Source: Thermoplasmata archaeon
Lineage (GTDB): Archaea > Thermoplasmatota > Thermoplasmata > Lutacidiplasmatales > UBA184
NCBI GenBank assembly: GCA_035623855.1
Contig: DASPSQ010000004.1
Location: 1,474-65,473, forward strand
Reading direction: 5' to 3'
Length of the DNA stretch: 64,000 bases
Of the stretch, positions 62,068 through 64,000 are shown piece by piece. Under the pieces are notes generated by a model. That model saw only the letters and a program-made list of their open reading frames with translations. It made no database searches and was not told the origin of the DNA. Each line of letters starts with the position of its first letter. Within the stretch, counting starts at the first letter, position 1. A program made the position numbers and the translations under genes.

Positions 62068-63045
62068 ATGGGGGACCAGGACCTTTCGACCGAGCTTTCG
62101 GGCCAGGGCTACCAGCTGGTCGGCAAGCACAGCGCCGTCAAACTCTGCTACTGGACCCGTGAATCGCTGGCCCACGGACGAGATTGCTACAAGGGCCGGT
62201 TTTACGGAATCGAGAGCCACCGATGCCTCCAGATGTCCCCCTCGATCGACTCGTGCAACCTCCACTGCCGGTTCTGCTGGCGGAACCAGGGATGGGAGAA
62301 CGACTCGATCATGCCGGAGTACGACGATCCCGAGGGACTCCTCGATCGGTCGATCGACGCACAGCGTCGGATCTTGTCGGGGTTCAAGGGGGATCCTGCG
62401 GTCGAGCTCGGACGCTGGGAGGAGTCCCAGAGGCCGAAGCATATCGCGATCTCCCTGACCGGAGAGCCGACCCTCTATCCCGAGATGAACCGCTTCCTCG
62501 AACTCTGCCACGAGCGCGGGATCACGACGTTCCTCGTCACGAACGGCACGAATCCGGATGCGCTCCGGGCGCTCCAACCTCTCCCGACCCAACTCTACGT
62601 CTCCGTGACGGCGCCCAATCCCGAGGTCTTCGAACGTCTGACCCTTCCGGCACAGGACGACGCCTGGGATCGACTCCTGGAGTCGCTGGCGATCGTCCGG
62701 GACCTCAAGACCCGGCGGGTCGTGCGCCACACCCTTGTCCGGGGCTGGAACCTCGGTTGGGTCGATCAGTACGCTGCGCTCGACGTCATCGCGCAACCGG
62801 ATTTCATCGAGCCGAAGGGGTATGTCTACATGGGAAAGTCGCGTCAGCGCCTCGGGAAGGACCACGTCCCCGAGCACGAAGAGATCGCAGAGTTCGCGCG
62901 CCGTCTCGCCGCACGAACGGGGTATCTCGTGCTGGACGAGTCGCCGGAATCGAAGGTGGTTCTTCTCGGCCGGACCTCGGAGGGCCGGTTCCTCCAGGGA
63001 CGGTCTCCTGAGCTTAGCGCTCTGCCGATGGCCGCCTCGGCCTAG
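62068..63045 (+). CDS. taw1: 4-demethylwyosine synthase (radical SAM; TYW1/Taw1)
   Basis: GQGYQLVGKHSAVKLCYW, SCNLHCRFCWR (Cx3Cx2C), SLTGEPTLYP, FLVTNG. Confidence 0.88.
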   Translation: MGDQDLSTELSGQGYQLVGKHSAVKLCYWTRESLAHGRDCYKGRFYGIESHRCLQMSPSIDSCNLHCRFCWRNQGWENDSIMPEYDDPEGLLDRSIDAQRRILSGFKGDPAVELGRWEESQRPKHIAISLTGEPTLYPEMNRFLELCHERGITTFLVTNGTNPDALRALQPLPTQLYVSVTAPNPEVFERLTLPAQDDAWDRLLESLAIVRDLKTRRVVRHTLVRGWNLGWVDQYAALDVIAQPDFIEPKGYVYMGKSRQRLGKDHVPEHEEIAEFARRLAARTGYLVLDESPESKVVLLGRTSEGRFLQGRSPELSALPMAASA

Positions 63046-63081
63046 CCCGTAAGCACGACCGAGGCGAGACGCCCTCGGAGC

Positions 63082-63243
63082 TCAGATACCGCGCCAGTTC
63101 AGGATCTCGACGAAGACCGCCGCGCCGATCCCGAGGCCGATCACCAGATACGGATTGATCTTGAGCGCTCGGGTCTCCTCCATGTCGTAGTATTGGATGA
63201 GCCCGGCCGCGCTGGAAAAGCCGGAACGTTTCTGATCGGGCAT
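63082..63243 (-). CDS. secG: Preprotein translocase subunit Sec61-beta (53 aa; below the ORF-track cut-off)
   Basis: Hand translation: MPDQKRSGFSSAAGLIQYYDMEETRALKINPYLVIGLGIGAAVFVEILNWRGI*. It has the SAGL(I)xYYxE motif plus a single C-terminal TM, typical of archaeal Sec61-beta. Confidence 0.75.
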   Translation of the reverse strand: MPDQKRSGFSSAAGLIQYYDMEETRALKINPYLVIGLGIGAAVFVEILNWRGI

Positions 63244-63306
63244 CGACGCCCGGACGAGCGCAGGAGCGCTATTAATCCTCTTCGAGGGCTGTGCGAAGCC
63301 TCGCCC

Positions 63307-64000
63307 TTAGCGGCCGAGAGAGAATCCACTCCAGTCGGCGACGACGTCCTCGACTGCGTCGGCGAATCGCGTCACGAGCCCCCCGCCCATCCCGTTCGCC
63401 GGGCCGTAGAGGACCCGGTCCATCAGCGCCCGCGGGGGTGCGACCCGGACCGTCTTTCGGGAGGGGACCCCGGTGAGCTGCGCGAGCTCCTCGATGGCGG
63501 CCTCTCGGTCGGCGAGGGCGTCGACGAGCCCGAGTTTCAGCGCCTGGACCCCTGTCCAGAACTCCCCGGTGGCGAGGGAGCGGATCTCTTCCACCGGGCG
63601 CTTTCGTTCTCGGGCGACGAGCCCGATGAACTCCTCGTACCCTTCGTGGGCGATCGCCTGGAGCTTCGTCCGCTCCTCGTCGGTCAGGGGTCGGTATCCC
63701 TGGTAGGCGTCCTTGTGGACGCCTTCGTGGAGAAGCTCGACGGAGATGCCGAGGCGGCGGATGAGTTCGCGCAGTGCAAAGTGCGCATAGACGACACCGA
63801 TCGACCCGACCTCCGAGCCGGGGTAGGCGTAGACGCGCCGCGCGCCGAGCGCGGCCATGTACGCCCCCGACGCACCGATCGAGCCAATCGATGCATAGAC
63901 CGGTTTCACTTGGTCGAGCCGTTTCACGGCGAGGTAGAAGTCCATCGAGGCGACCGCCTCACCTCCGCCGCTCGAAATGTCCAACAGCACGCCCCGGACT
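63307..64000 (-). CDS. sppA: Signal peptide peptidase SppA (S49 family), N-terminus beyond the window edge
   Basis: LLDISSGGGE, PVYASIGSIGASGAYMAA, GSIGV, ...ALKLGLVDAL. The reading frame stays open to the window end. Confidence 0.8.
   Translation of the reverse strand, partial: VRGVLLDISSGGGEAVASMDFYLAVKRLDQVKPVYASIGSIGASGAYMAALGARRVYAYPGSEVGSIGVVYAHFALRELIRRLGISVELLHEGVHKDAYQGYRPLTDEERTKLQAIAHEGYEEFIGLVARERKRPVEEIRSLATGEFWTGVQALKLGLVDALADREAAIEELAQLTGVPSRKTVRVAPPRALMDRVLYGPANGMGGGLVTRFADAVEDVVADWSGFSLGR

Noticed and set aside
63141-63329. 62-aa track ORF on the minus strand
   Set aside because: It is out of frame with the convincing Sec61-beta ORF in the same place (63082..63243), and its translation is Arg/Ser/Pro-rich.
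1-64000. Searched by eye for transposases, integrases, phage genes, toxin-antitoxin pairs, restriction-modification or other defence systems, and for rRNA, tRNA and CRISPR
   Set aside because: None recognised. The window looks like core chromosome. The only compositional anomalies are the short A/T-richer intergenic stretches reported as findings.

Overview
High-GC, very gene-dense archaeal chromosomal segment with about 65 supportable protein genes. No rRNA, tRNA, CRISPR array or mobile element was recognised by eye. Archaeal hallmarks include PriS primase, FEN-1, Kae1, archaeosine tRNA-guanine transglycosylase, Trm5 and Taw1/TYW1, Rio1 with a Dim2-like KH protein, Sec61-beta, PAC2 proteasome chaperone, class-III-signal-peptide pilins and an archaeal-type iPGM. 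The gene content and N-glycosylation-sequon-rich membrane proteins fit a Thermoplasmatota-like euryarchaeon, but this is inference only.

Layout from start to end:
- nuoKJIHDCBA operon, with no E/F/G genes between D and H
- tandem-GNAT protein, crotonase, NfeD-stomatin pair
- rio1-dim2-priS, then FAH hydrolase
- fen1-FTCD-riboflavin reductase
- PAC2, then a double-RHH gene followed by a truncated FtsZ-like gene
- MFS transporter with an Lrp-like regulator, S9 peptidase, pirin
- two pilin genes plus a membrane zinc-ribbon protein
- apgM, trm5, ppsA, a FadB-like fusion, ahcY-gcvH
- a 1035-aa surface protein with four cytoplasmic zinc ribbons
- CBS-CGL-cysS-MDR dehydrogenase operon
- BlaI/BlaR1-like pair with a secreted glycoprotein
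- UDG-arcTGT-76aa-kae1-GGR string
- bactofilin-like beta-helix protein with a wHTH protein, rhodanese
- two mirrored ABC-2 exporters, taw1, sec61-beta, sppA

Most interesting candidates:
- (i) an FtsZ/tubulin-like GTPase that lacks the C-terminal domain, sits behind a two-domain RHH protein and has a repeated TGT-CGA-ACA motif in its promoter
- (ii) membrane glycoproteins with cytoplasmic multi-zinc-ribbon tails
- (iii) a NuoI carrying four rather than two 4Fe-4S motifs
- (iv) a long bactofilin-like protein in an archaeon
- (v) two long non-coding stretches, one in the pilin locus and one upstream of the BlaI-like gene

All functional calls come from motif and family recognition by eye on the supplied translations. 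No database search was run.
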